64,000 nucleotides of DNA from Desulfomonilia bacterium (GTDB lineage Bacteria > Desulfobacterota > Desulfomonilia > UBA1062). Where the stretch lies: contig CAXXDQ010000003.1 of the NCBI GenBank assembly GCA_963664325.2, forward strand, positions 736,001 to 800,000, read 5' to 3'. Under the pieces are notes generated by a model. It ran no database searches. It was not told the origin of the DNA and saw only the letters and a list, made by a program, of their open reading frames with translations. Made by a program: the position numbers and the translations under genes. Below are positions 41,479-52,458 of this stretch, piece after piece (within the stretch, counting starts at the first letter, position 1; the number at the start of each line of letters is the position of its first letter).

Positions 41479-43023
41479 ATGACGATGTATAAACAGCCGA
41501 GGATTCGGAAAATAATACTGTACGCGACTGCTACGAGCTGGATATACCAGGCCGTATCAGCTATAAGCGGACTGGTGGTCCTTCCTCTTGTAGTGGCGTA
41601 TCTGGAAAGACGGAATATGGCATCTGGACCCTGGTGATTCAGTCCATCAATTTCTTTTCTATGTCAGATATTGGAATTTCTAATTCTCTGGGGCGCTTCG
41701 TGGCCCGCTCTCGTGGATCTAACGATAATAAGACCATGAGCAAACTGTACAGCACTACTATGGCCTTTTTAATATTATCCGGATTTTTAATTGCTTTGCT
41801 TACGATTCTTTTGTCTCCATGGATAGGAGGTATACTCGGAATAGACAGGATATATCATAAGGAAACAAAAATTATTTTTTTAATTACAGGCTTGACATTC
41901 GCACTTCAGTCGCCCTTGAAACTTAGCGTCGGTGTACTCACAGGTCATCAGCTTTATGGCCCTCACGGTGTTGGAAAGATATTGGGATCCTTATTAAATC
42001 TGGCAGGTGTTCTGATCCTTTTCAGTATGAATATGATTGAACTTATCCCGCTTGCAATTGCCAACGCGGTTTCAATATTAGCTGCCCAACTGGTTCTAGC
42101 TTGGTGGCATGGAAGATGACAAGGCCGTGGTCTCTGAAAATAAAGAATATTTCTTTTGGATTATTAAGTGAAATAGTGAGTCTTGGTGGAAGTACTTTGC
42201 TGGTTTCATTAAGTAATCTCATCATCCGTTCTGGTTTGTTAATTACAGTCGGGCGTATACTCGGCACGCAGTCAGCAGGGGTATATGGAGTGGTTTTAAC
42301 CTTGATCAGCCACATTTATCCTCTTATATCGTCTCTATCAACTCCATTAACTACGATAGCAAGTGAATGGCAGGCAAGAAATAATCTGAACAGTCTCCAG
42401 AACACCTGCAATTTGATAATGCGTACAATATTTTCCTTATCAATAAGTATGGCTGCTGGTTTATATATTTATGGTGAGCCGTTTCTAAGAATATTTTTGC
42501 ATTCGGGAAAGTGGTCAGCATCTGATTTTCATGCAGCCGGCAGGATGTTATTTATAATGGGAGTTGGGGTGGCGATTGGGCTACCTCAGGTTGTTTCCAC
42601 AAGAACACTTCAGGGAATAGGCAAACACTGGCAGGTAGGTTATTATTCATTGGGAATGAGTTTCAGCTCGACTTTGATAGGTGTTCTAATCATGTATTCA
42701 TTTCTTGGTATTTACGGGGCCGCAATCGGGTGGAGTCTTTTCTGGATCTTACAGGGGATTTTATTTTATCCCGGATGCTATGCAAGGTACTCGATTATCC
42801 AGTTCTGAAAATGCTTTCAAAAGTATATGTTCCTGGGGCTTTTGTCGGGTTCTTTGTCCTTGCCATGGCATTCTTTTTTAATCTTTATCTTGGTTCAAGC
42901 AATCTGCTTAATCTTATAATCGGCATCAGCGTAACTGGAGTTTTTGGAGTAATTGCAATAATTATGACTAGTGGCTATGCAGGTTTAATTCTGAACAAGG
43001 TATCATTTAACAATCGTATTTGA
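41479..43023 (+). pseudogene. wzx: Wzx/MOP oligosaccharide flippase, three -1 frameshifts
   Basis: Four consecutive hydrophobic fragments join as ...VAYL|GKTEYGIW...SDIGIS...|VAWK...GIYGAAIG...YP|RML. Breaks are at ~41604, ~42101 and ~42770. Confidence 0.8.
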
Positions 43024-43193
43024 TGTTAGATATTGGTTCTTATTTAATTCCTCCTTATTCTGCCAAACCATTGAAGGCTAAAAACAATAAGATCAAAATC
43101 CTTTAAAAATTACCTATGGCTATAAGAACAAGAAATTCCTCAAACTCGAACTTTACACCCTTCATGAAGATGAATTCAAAATGATAGACTAAT

Positions 43194-44581
43194 ATGAAAA
43201 TACGCTTGATTTTGATAAATAAAGCATTAATATCACTTCTTCTTGTTATCAGTTTTTCATTCGGAATATTCGAATTAAGCAAAATACCATTGTGGATTCC
43301 GAAACTAATTGAAGAATGCCTTGCTATAACAATCTTTTTTTTGGCATGTTTATTCAGGATATCTCATGGGAAAACATTCAACGTATATGGTTTGTTATCG
43401 ATAAGCGGCTTATTGATTGTGGGCATAATATCAGGGGTGCTAACAATATTTATTACATATCAATTTTGCTTTTTGTCAGGGAAATATTGGTATACTATTT
43501 ATTTTTTCTCGGGGTCTTGAACCTTGAGTTATCAGTTGGTTCTGTCAGGCAGATAATATCTTTAATGGTATTACTATTTATTATACAAATCCCAGCCTCA
43601 TGGATTAAATATTTTGCTATAGGTATGGACGAAACTTGGATCGGCACAGTCAGTTATCAAGGCGGGGAATTAGGTCTTTTAGTAACTCTCTTTGCCTGTG
43701 CTTTCCTGATCTCTGCATTTCTATACAAAAAAAAGTTATCTTATTTAATGTGGATAGTATTATTCTTTTTATTTGGAATCATAAATGAAAAGAGGGCAAC
43801 AGTATTCGTTTTCCCTGTTTTATTGGTTTTCTTATTTATCCATTATAATGCGTTAAGTAAAAAAAATGGCTTGCCAAGCCGGTTGCGATCCATCTTCAAA
43901 TTGTTTTCTGTTCGTAGAGTAATTTTAATAACAGCAGCTTTTTCAATTATATTATATTTGGGCGGGAGATTGCTGCCGGATTTTAATCCTGAAAAGAAAG
44001 TCTGGGGATCTTTTGATATTCAACATATGTATGACTATGCTGTCGGGTATGTTTATCGTGATTATTACAGTTATGGGGAGGATTTTAAGGAAAATGAGTA
44101 TTATGTAGATTATGTTAATATCAAAGATGCTCAAAAGGGCCGATTTCGCGTAATTTATGAGGCAAGCAAATGGTTTTTTGAGCAAAGATGGTATGTTATT
44201 TTATTTGGAATGGGAGGAGGAAGTTTTTCCACAAGTTATCTTACAGGAAATTCTCTTGATATAATGTTCGAAAAGATCGGGATAAGAGGTGCAACTCCTT
44301 TTATGATATATATACTTCTGGAAACTGGTATAATTGGATTTATGTTCATGACAAGATTTTTCTACAGAATTTATAAGTCGGTATGGAAACAGTATGGTTT
44401 ATCAAATAATCAAGAGGACAAAATATTCATTCTTGGGCTGTTGGGGGTTTGGTTTGTTTTTGTTTTTGATTCATATGTTTATTCACTAGCAACAATGAAG
44501 TTTGAAATACTAACAGCATCATTTTATTTTCTTCTTGCCATATGCTTGAAAGGGCAAACAGTATCAAGAAGAGGCATTTAG
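43194..44581 (+). pseudogene. Wzy-like polymerase / O-antigen ligase family, one -1 frameshift at GGGG 43434-43437
   Basis: Many TM segments; NEKRA; large periplasmic loop; LFGMGGG; LLETGIIG. Confidence 0.7.
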
Positions 44582-44607
44582 TTTTTACAAATATAAAATA
44601 AGGTTAT

Positions 44608-45786
44608 GTGATGATAAAAATGAATATCGAATCAGCAAAACAAATATATAATGACTTCATTAATTCATGTAAAAATGAAAAGGGTGATTACAAGTTAACA
44701 CCCAACAGTGAAGAGTCTCCATTTGCATCGTGTTTTGCAATATTCGGACTGAATCTGATCAAAGGTCTTAATATATCTGATGCAAGCTGGGAACTGTATT
44801 CTAAAAAACTATACTCGGGGATACTGGAATATAAAAAAAAGAGATCTTATTTTAATTCTGATCTGAGATTTGATAAATACTTCCTGCAGTTGCTGGCCTT
44901 TTCTTTAAGCGCCTTATACTTAATGGGGGCGAATTATTTTACTAACCTCGAAGAGATAATAAAACCTTTGATTGTAGAAGACATAGGTTGGTATCTTGAA
45001 AAGTCGGGCGCATTAATAGGACAGTCGCAAAGTGGAAACTTGGCAATGTTCATGGCAATTCTTCTTATACATGCCAGAGATTATATGGGCATAAATACCA
45101 GCATTCAACTTGAGCAGTGGATTGAACTGCATTTAAAGGCCATGAATAAATTTGGATTCTGGGGACAGGACGGAAGAGGCATTAAATACCTCCATTTTCA
45201 AAACGGGTATCATCAGTACGAGATTTTTGAATATCTTGGCGTGGATAATCCGATGTTACCTGTTGCTGCAGAAAATGTCGCCCGCCTTGCAGACTCTCAG
45301 GGACATTTTGCACCTTATCCGGGCGGGGGCGGGTGTTATGATTATGACGCGGTTTATATTTTAACCGGCTCAAAGGATATAGCTGAACAATATCGTTCAC
45401 TGTTGATAAAAACTGCTCAATCTATTTTATATGAGCAGAATGCTGATGGCGGATTTTGCGAGTCTCATTATGTCAGACCCAGGTCACTAAAGAATTTATC
45501 TATTTTTATAAGGTTTCTGCTTTCCGGCTACAGAAAGGACTCAGGTGCACAAATGGAATCTGTCCGTAATTTCATCTCTCTGATGCTGCCCAGAAGCAAT
45601 ACTATTGCTACTCACTGGAGTATCTATTCGCGAAGATGGGATGAATCGGATCTGTGGGATTCATGGTTCAGGATGTTAACCCTTGCAAGGATTGAATGTG
45701 CCCTTGGGAATCATGATACAAACAATTGGGGTTTTATTAATTATCCTGGGATCGGTTATCATAATATTCTTCGAAGTCATATGTAA
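44608..45786 (+). CDS. Hypothetical protein with prenyltransferase/squalene-cyclase-like (alpha/alpha) repeats
   Basis: Repeats KNEKGDY, MNKFGFW, ADSQGHF, QNADGGF. Confidence 0.55.
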   Translation: MMIKMNIESAKQIYNDFINSCKNEKGDYKLTPNSEESPFASCFAIFGLNLIKGLNISDASWELYSKKLYSGILEYKKKRSYFNSDLRFDKYFLQLLAFSLSALYLMGANYFTNLEEIIKPLIVEDIGWYLEKSGALIGQSQSGNLAMFMAILLIHARDYMGINTSIQLEQWIELHLKAMNKFGFWGQDGRGIKYLHFQNGYHQYEIFEYLGVDNPMLPVAAENVARLADSQGHFAPYPGGGGCYDYDAVYILTGSKDIAEQYRSLLIKTAQSILYEQNADGGFCESHYVRPRSLKNLSIFIRFLLSGYRKDSGAQMESVRNFISLMLPRSNTIATHWSIYSRRWDESDLWDSWFRMLTLARIECALGNHDTNNWGFINYPGIGYHNILRSHM

Positions 45787-45793
45787 GAATATT

Positions 45794-46961
45794 ATGAGAA
45801 TCTATTATATTTCACCATCGCAGATACCTTCCCGCAGTGCTAATTCAATTCATGTCATACGGATGTGCGAGGCGTTAGCTTCTTTGGGAAATGATGTAAC
45901 CCTGTTTGTCAACAGAACAATAAAACAGGTTGATGATCTAAAAGCATTGCTTGAAAATTACTATGGCGTTTCCCTTAAAGGGGTAAAAGTTGTCTCCTTT
46001 TATAGTCCTTTGTCTTCAGCCCTTAACTTGCAGATCGCCTTATTCTCCATATGTTGCTTAATATTTAATTTAATTAAAGGTAATGGGCCTCAAATTGTAA
46101 TCTCCAGAAATCTTTACGCCTCTTTTCTCCTTTACCGTTTAATGAAAAACAAGCTCATATATGAAACTCATGAAATTGAATACGGGTACAGAAAATCTAT
46201 GCAGACTGCAAATTTTGAAACAACCTTTATTAGTCAAGGTTGTCATATCAAGCGCGCTGCTTGAACTGCTTTCATATCATCACGGCATTAATATAAAAAG
46301 AGTTATGATTCTTCCAGATGCCGCACCTGATGGTATAAAGCCAATATCCGAGAAACAGAAACAGGAAATCCGCAAAGTTCTTATGACAGATAGTTATGAG
46401 AATTATAAAAATATCGTTGGATACTTTGGCCATCTTTACAAAGGGAGAGGAATTGAAATCATTCAGGCTTTGGCTGAGAGGCATCAAGATACCGCATTCA
46501 TGGTATTTGGCGGCAATGATGAACAGATAGAAGTATTCAAGAAGCAAAACCAGCTGAATAATCTGAAGGTAATGGGTTATATCAAGCCTGCAAAAGTACA
46601 TGAAGTAATGAAAGCAATGGATGTTTTGTTAATGCCATATCAGCGGTCAGTTACAATTGGACGGAAACAGGAGACTGATACCGGCAGTTACATGTCACCA
46701 ATGAAAATGTTTGAATACATGGCATCTTGTGTCCCGATTATTTCATCCAGATTGCCTGTTCTTGAAGAGGTGCTTAAAGATGGGGAAAACTGCCTTATGG
46801 CCATACCTGATGATTCTTCCGACTGGTCAATGTGTTTGAGAAGATTATTAAGCGATCAATTGCTGGTTAATAAACTGGCAGAGAATGCATATCGTGGATA
46901 TGAAGCAGAATACAACTGGCGGGCTAGGGCTCAAAAGATTTTAACTGCAGTAAATGTATGA
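45794..46961 (+). pseudogene. GT4 glycosyltransferase, +1 frameshift at ~46210
   Basis: IPSRSANSIHVIRMCEA...YETH in one frame; GYFGHLYKGRG...SPMKMFEYMA in the next. Confidence 0.82.
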
Positions 46962-48031
46962 ATACGAGAAATGTTTTTGTTTTAGTTCCTTCGTTGAATC
47001 CGACCGGGCCTGTTAAAGGGGCTGTTGCTCTTTGTAATGGACTCGTTGAATATATGCCGGTTTCTCTTGTTAGCCTTAAAACATCTTCACCGGACGGGTT
47101 GTTCATCAACCCAAAAGTAAATGTGGTATCTCTTGAAAGGTTTCACAAATGGAAAAAGAAATATGAGACCTACAAGGAGATGCTTAAGTTATCTTCATGC
47201 CAAGCAAAGACTGTTTCAATTTCTTTTTGTTTTTCTGCCGATCTGATAAATAGTTTCATGTTTAATGAAGCTGTTATAATCAGCAGTGTCAGAGGCAACC
47301 TCATAGAGAACTATCGTTATGATTATGGTTTGCCAGGTATTGTTCTTGCGTATTTCCAATATTTTATTCTCAAAAGATTTGATCGTGTTGTGGCAATGTC
47401 TGATTCTATGCTGGATCAGCTGAAAATGCATGGAATACATCGATTGGATAAAATAAATAATTTCATAGATGAAAGATCAATCAAGGATTCATTCAAAAGT
47501 TCCAAGAATAAAATTGAACCATTCAAGTTTGTATTCCTCGGAAGTCTTTCAAGAAGAAAAAGGCCTGAACTTGTTATTAATGCCATTGAAAAGCTAAAGG
47601 GAATCGGAGTGAATTGCGATCTGGATATCGTTGGAGAAGGTCCAATGAGGTCTATTCTGGAAAAGCAGGTTAATAAAGCAGGTATTCCTGATCGGGTCCG
47701 CTTTCATGGCCATCAGCAGAATCCCTATTCTTTTCTGCAATCGGCATGCTGCATGGTTTTACCGTCTGAATCTGAAGGTATGTCAAGGGCTGTACTTGAA
47801 GCTTTGTTTTTTGGTTTGCCATGCATTGTAAGGGATGTTGATGGAAATCGGGAGTTGATCAAATCAGGTTTAAATGGAGACACCTTTATTCGGGATGAAG
47901 AGCTTACTGATGCCATGTATCGAATGACCCAACATGATTTTGCGGATAAAGGCAGACAGAATATGTTACCTGATGATTTTAGACAGGAAACCAATATCAG
48001 GAAGTTTTATGAGCTGATTAACAAGCTTTGA
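46958..48031 (+). CDS. GT4 glycosyltransferase
   Basis: GSLSRRKR; VGEGP; PSESEGMSRAVLEA; DVDGNRELI. Confidence 0.9.
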   Translation: MNTRNVFVLVPSLNPTGPVKGAVALCNGLVEYMPVSLVSLKTSSPDGLFINPKVNVVSLERFHKWKKKYETYKEMLKLSSCQAKTVSISFCFSADLINSFMFNEAVIISSVRGNLIENYRYDYGLPGIVLAYFQYFILKRFDRVVAMSDSMLDQLKMHGIHRLDKINNFIDERSIKDSFKSSKNKIEPFKFVFLGSLSRRKRPELVINAIEKLKGIGVNCDLDIVGEGPMRSILEKQVNKAGIPDRVRFHGHQQNPYSFLQSACCMVLPSESEGMSRAVLEALFFGLPCIVRDVDGNRELIKSGLNGDTFIRDEELTDAMYRMTQHDFADKGRQNMLPDDFRQETNIRKFYELINKL

Positions 48032-48102
48032 ATTTAGTATTATTCAGAAATATGTTTTCCATAAAGACAATATGACTGTCTACTCATGATTAGAGGTTAG
48101 AA

Positions 48103-48690
48103 TTGATGCTTATAAAAAAGACCAGTGTGCTGCTGGATGACATAAGGCACAATGATTCACTCTGTTATATCAGAGAAGGATTTGGTGGTAGAAAAATCGA
48201 ATATTGGCCGATGTATTCATTTTTTTGCCAATATGTTTCAGGAGATAAAGATGAAGCGATCACTAATTTTTCTCGCTGGTACAGGGGGCAGTTTAATAAA
48301 TATTGCAAGGTCTCAAAACGTTACGGAGGGATGTTGAACGGGTCGCTTTACAAGCTTATTCAGAAAAGACTACGAATAGAGTTTGGAAGACATTTTAAAA
48401 ACCCGGAAGAAGTTAAATCTGCATTTATAGATATGGTAATTCATGAAAGGGTGACACAAAGAATGGAATTGCTTGATGATATCATAAAGAATGGATACAT
48501 TATAAATAGAAGCTATCCTGTTGTTGCAAGGTTAAATAATAATAAAATTTTCATTGAAGACGGGCATCATCGTGCGGCAATTTTAAAGGCACTTGGATAT
48601 GAATCAATACCGGGCGCATTTCTGTTCAAAAGCAATACGGCATTTAGATTGTTCGGGAGATTTTGGCGTATATATAAGGTAATCCTGTGA
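48103..48690 (+). CDS. Stand-alone ParB/Sulfiredoxin-fold protein
   Basis: LLDDIIKNGY....PVVA......IFIEDGHHRAAILKALGYESIP; no HTH region. Confidence 0.72.
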   Translation: MMLIKKTSVLLDDIRHNDSLCYIREGFGGRKIEYWPMYSFFCQYVSGDKDEAITNFSRWYRGQFNKYCKVSKRYGGMLNGSLYKLIQKRLRIEFGRHFKNPEEVKSAFIDMVIHERVTQRMELLDDIIKNGYIINRSYPVVARLNNNKIFIEDGHHRAAILKALGYESIPGAFLFKSNTAFRLFGRFWRIYKVIL

Positions 48691-49361
48691 TGATGTCTGA
48701 TAAAGATTACCGGGAATGGATTGACAAGCAGGAATGGTACCAGACAATTGAATTGAACAACGGTTTGATTACCAAGGGTAAGTTTCCGACAAATGATCGA
48801 ATCAGATATTTGGAGGATATTGATTTCAAAGGTAAACATGTCCTGGATGTGGGTTGCAATTCCGGCCAGTATTGTCTTTATGCTAAGAAAAAAGGCGCCC
48901 TGAAAGTTGTCGGAATCGACATAGATGAAATGCGGCTTGAGCAGGCAAAAATCCTGAATGACCAGGAGGGTGCTGGGATCTTCTTTGAAAAGAGATCGAT
49001 ATATGAATTGAATGAACTGGGTAAGTTCGATATTGTTTTGTGTATTGCCGTATTGACTGAGATAACAGACCTCTCAACGGGTATAGATAATTTAAAGAAT
49101 ACCATCGGGGACTATGCTTTCCTGGAGATGGATATTGCCAGGCAGCACTTTTTGTCCATCAATCCCGGGAGGTGGATTAGAAATATCATTGGCCGGAATC
49201 AGGTCAGAGAATACGCCGAGGTCAGGCAGACCAAACGGGGCGACTGGATTGTAAGCCCTTCAATGGTTTTGCTGAAAAAGATGTTCGGTCCCGGATTCAA
49301 GCTGGTCGAACGTGGTCACGGCCTGAGATACCAGATGATAGATGTTTATCGAGTGAAGTAA
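48687..49361 (+). CDS. SAM-dependent methyltransferase, CmoB/DUF1698-like
   Basis: WYQTIELNNGLITKG; LDVGCNSG; VGIDI; FDIVLCIAVL; overlaps the previous stop. Confidence 0.82.
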   Translation: MMMSDKDYREWIDKQEWYQTIELNNGLITKGKFPTNDRIRYLEDIDFKGKHVLDVGCNSGQYCLYAKKKGALKVVGIDIDEMRLEQAKILNDQEGAGIFFEKRSIYELNELGKFDIVLCIAVLTEITDLSTGIDNLKNTIGDYAFLEMDIARQHFLSINPGRWIRNIIGRNQVREYAEVRQTKRGDWIVSPSMVLLKKMFGPGFKLVERGHGLRYQMIDVYRVK

Positions 49362-49388
49362 TCTCTGTTAATATAATTCGGTGTTTCG

Positions 49389-49961
49389 TTGAACATTAAT
49401 TCATACGAAGATTATTACAAATATTTGTCTCAGAGAAGATTACCGGGATTGATTTACAGAAAGTTCTATTTATATCCATTCATTTCCAGATATCTTAAGG
49501 GCAGGGTGTTGGATGTCGGGTGCGGTATCGGCGATTTTTTAGGTTACCGCAAACATACAATTGGTGTTGATATCAACCCGTTTACAGTTTCCTTTTGTAA
49601 AGACAGGGGTTATGAAGCCCATTTAATTGACGGGGGCAGTTTTCCATTTCAGGATGAATCCTTTGACGGTGCAATAATGGATAATGTCCTTGAACATATC
49701 AGTGATCCCGAATCGCTTCTAATTTCTGTCCACAGGGTTTTAAGACATAAAGGTGTATTCGTTGTGGGGGTGCCGGGGATTAAAGGGTTTTATTCGGATT
49801 ACGACCACAAGATCTTTTATGATGAGGATGCACTTATAAAGAAAATTGAAGATTCCGGGTTTATCAGATTTAATTGTATCCACATGCCTTTCAAATCGGG
49901 ATTTCTCAATGAACATATGCGTCAATATTGTATTTATGGAATTTTTATGAAACCCTTTTAA
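49389..49961 (+). CDS. Class I SAM-dependent methyltransferase
   Basis: LDVGCGIG; FPFQDESFD; NVLEH. Confidence 0.88.
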   Translation: MNINSYEDYYKYLSQRRLPGLIYRKFYLYPFISRYLKGRVLDVGCGIGDFLGYRKHTIGVDINPFTVSFCKDRGYEAHLIDGGSFPFQDESFDGAIMDNVLEHISDPESLLISVHRVLRHKGVFVVGVPGIKGFYSDYDHKIFYDEDALIKKIEDSGFIRFNCIHMPFKSGFLNEHMRQYCIYGIFMKPF

Positions 49962-49973
49962 ACCTTATATATA

Positions 49974-50753
49974 ATGAGTGATATTACAATTTCACTGATT
50001 TCATTAAATCAGCTTAACGACCTCAAAAGATTACTTCCGACGTTAATACCTGCCGCTGCATTGGTTAAAGCCCAGGTCATGCTAGTCAATAACCGTTCAA
50101 CAGATGGAACGGTAGAGTTTATCACTGAAAATTATCCAGAGATAACAGTTACAAATAATCTGAGCAGAACCGGTTATGGAGGAAATCACAATATCAATCT
50201 TGAAAAATCAAACACAAACTATTTTGTCATCATGAATTCTGATATATCTGTTGAAACAGATGTTTTCGTTAAGCTGAAAGATTTCATGGACAAGAATTCC
50301 GATGTCGGGATTGTCTCACCCAAAGTATTAAATGGGGACGGTTCTGTTCAGTTGTTAAATAGAAAGTATCCAAGCATATTAAGCCTGCTCTTAAGAAGAT
50401 TTGCACCAAAACGCCTCAGCTTATTATTTAAAACATACCTTGATTCTCACGAAATGAAGGATGTCGGATACGACACCATGTATGAAGTGGAATTTCAGAG
50501 CGGCACTTTCATGTTTTGCAGAACTGAACTGTTAAAGTTGATCGGTGGTTTTGACACCAGATATTTTATGTACTTTGAAGATGCCGATCTGTGCAGAAAG
50601 GTACAGCAAAATAATTTTAAAACAATATATTTCCCAGTGACAACGATTACTCATTTTTGGACAAGGGCTTCATATAACAGCTGGTCCGGCATGTTGCAGC
50701 ATATTCGGAGTGCTGTGATGTATTTTAACAAATGGGGATATAAGTTCTTTTAA
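49974..50753 (+). CDS. GT2 glycosyltransferase (WbbL-like)
   Basis: NNRSTDGT; GYGGNHN; MNSD; GGFDTRYFMYFEDADLC. Confidence 0.9.
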   Translation: MSDITISLISLNQLNDLKRLLPTLIPAAALVKAQVMLVNNRSTDGTVEFITENYPEITVTNNLSRTGYGGNHNINLEKSNTNYFVIMNSDISVETDVFVKLKDFMDKNSDVGIVSPKVLNGDGSVQLLNRKYPSILSLLLRRFAPKRLSLLFKTYLDSHEMKDVGYDTMYEVEFQSGTFMFCRTELLKLIGGFDTRYFMYFEDADLCRKVQQNNFKTIYFPVTTITHFWTRASYNSWSGMLQHIRSAVMYFNKWGYKFF

Positions 50754-50782
50754 TTTTTGCAATTATCGACTCGTAGTAGAAG

Positions 50783-52294
50783 ATGAATATCTTATTGGAA
50801 AAGACTGGTGAATGGATTGGCGGATTAAGTCATTTACAAATGAACTTGATTGTTTTTTCAATGAGCATACTCGCTTTGATCCCTGCATGGATAAATTATG
50901 ATGTCATAGCCCTGGATGGCGCCAATTATTATGTTCCTTTTGCCAGGTCGATCTGTGAGGGAACGTTTTCCGGATATGCAGACTCGTGGTTTCCTCTGCC
51001 TATATATGAGAATTTAATATGCTGTTTATCAAGAATTTCCGGTTTTGATTTTGAAACATCCGGGAGATTGATATCTTCTGTTTTTTACGTAATTGCTGCA
51101 ATGGGTCTATATAGGTTAACGTTAGCTTTAAGCGATGAAAAAATTGTTGGTTTACTGAGCATTATATTTTTCATTGCGAACAGGCAGTTACTGCAATGTT
51201 CGGTTGATGTTCTAAAGGAATCAATGCTGGTCGCTTTAATAATATGGGGGAATTACTTTGTTTATAGGTCATTAAAATCATCCGGCGGCAAAGTATCATA
51301 TCTGATATCTGGAATTATCTGTTTTGCAGCCGGTTCCATGCTCAGAAGCACTGCGCTTGTATTTATGTTTGCATGGATATTCGTCTGGATATTGTCACCA
51401 AATAAATATTCTTCGATTCGTGTTATAAGCGCTGCAGCTATTTTGATTGCACTGGGATTTATTCTTTACATCTCTGACCTGTCTTATCTTAAGAGAAGCT
51501 ATTCGATATACGATTATAAAACCAGTTTGATAAGCTCCTATACAGATATTGAATATGTTTTCCTTGCATTCATCGATGTTATCAGGAGTTTCTTGAAAAG
51601 ATCGCTTTATCTTTTTGGCCTGTTCGGGATTTTAGGTGTTTATCTGAACTGGAAGTCTGATTTGTCAATTTATGCAAGACATTCGTTTATCGTATTGATT
51701 CTGTCTTTTATCGCCTGTCTGCTAACGGGGTGGAATTATTCCGGCAGAGGGGCTGACAGGTATCTGCTGGCCGGTATAATATATATTATGCCAATGGCTG
51801 CTGTTGCAGTAAAAAAGATTATTTCAGGTAGGAAAAGAGGATTGTTGTACTGGCTGGCTATTTTTACGATTATTGCATGTCCGTTCTTATGGGGCGGCAA
51901 GGCTTTCGCCAGACCTGACATTGACAGGCTGGCAAGTAAAGAAGCAGGTATATGGTTGTTGACGCAATTAGGTCCCAATCAGGATGTAATATCAAACAGG
52001 CCAAGGATTAATTTTTATGCAAACGCCAACATTGTTCCTGTTGCCGAAAACAAAAAGCCGGGCAGTCTTGATAAGCTGATTATGTACAGACAGTTTGATG
52101 GGACACTTTTTGAATTAAAGGATATTGTTGCACCGAAAGAAATAAAAAAACCTATTGCAGTAGACTTGGAGTTGGAAGATGGATTTATCTGGGAAAACCT
52201 GCTGAACAGTTATGGATTTAAGCCGGATAAAAGATTTCAAAGCATAATCGTATATTTACCCAAAAGACAAAATTCATATGGGATTAACAGGTGA
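50783..52294 (+). CDS. GT-C polytopic membrane glycosyltransferase (ArnT/PMT_2-like)
   Basis: DGANYY acidic first loop; PLPIY; VLKES; DRYLL; about 11 TM segments plus a soluble tail. Confidence 0.62.
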   Translation: MNILLEKTGEWIGGLSHLQMNLIVFSMSILALIPAWINYDVIALDGANYYVPFARSICEGTFSGYADSWFPLPIYENLICCLSRISGFDFETSGRLISSVFYVIAAMGLYRLTLALSDEKIVGLLSIIFFIANRQLLQCSVDVLKESMLVALIIWGNYFVYRSLKSSGGKVSYLISGIICFAAGSMLRSTALVFMFAWIFVWILSPNKYSSIRVISAAAILIALGFILYISDLSYLKRSYSIYDYKTSLISSYTDIEYVFLAFIDVIRSFLKRSLYLFGLFGILGVYLNWKSDLSIYARHSFIVLILSFIACLLTGWNYSGRGADRYLLAGIIYIMPMAAVAVKKIISGRKRGLLYWLAIFTIIACPFLWGGKAFARPDIDRLASKEAGIWLLTQLGPNQDVISNRPRINFYANANIVPVAENKKPGSLDKLIMYRQFDGTLFELKDIVAPKEIKKPIAVDLELEDGFIWENLLNSYGFKPDKRFQSIIVYLPKRQNSYGINR

Positions 52295-52427
52295 TCTTTA
52301 CCTGGAATTGGAAAGGTAAGATCTATAAAAGACAGTTATTTCTTCAAGATCATTTAGATGTATTGAAAAGAATAAAAATGTCAAAATTGAGCAATAAAAA
52401 TTGGCTCTAAAAATAAATTAAAAAAAA

Positions 52428-52458
52428 TTGACAAACATCGATATGAGGTTATTATAAA
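52428..52458 (+). promoter_or_regulatory. Putative sigma70 promoter for the sugar-phosphate transferase gene
   Basis: TTGACA, 16-18 nt spacer, TATTATAA; A-tract UP element upstream. Confidence 0.55.

Noticed and set aside
48103-48690. Plasmid or chromosome partition system
   Set aside because: There is no ParA, HTH domain or parS-like repeats, and the gene is embedded in a glycan operon.
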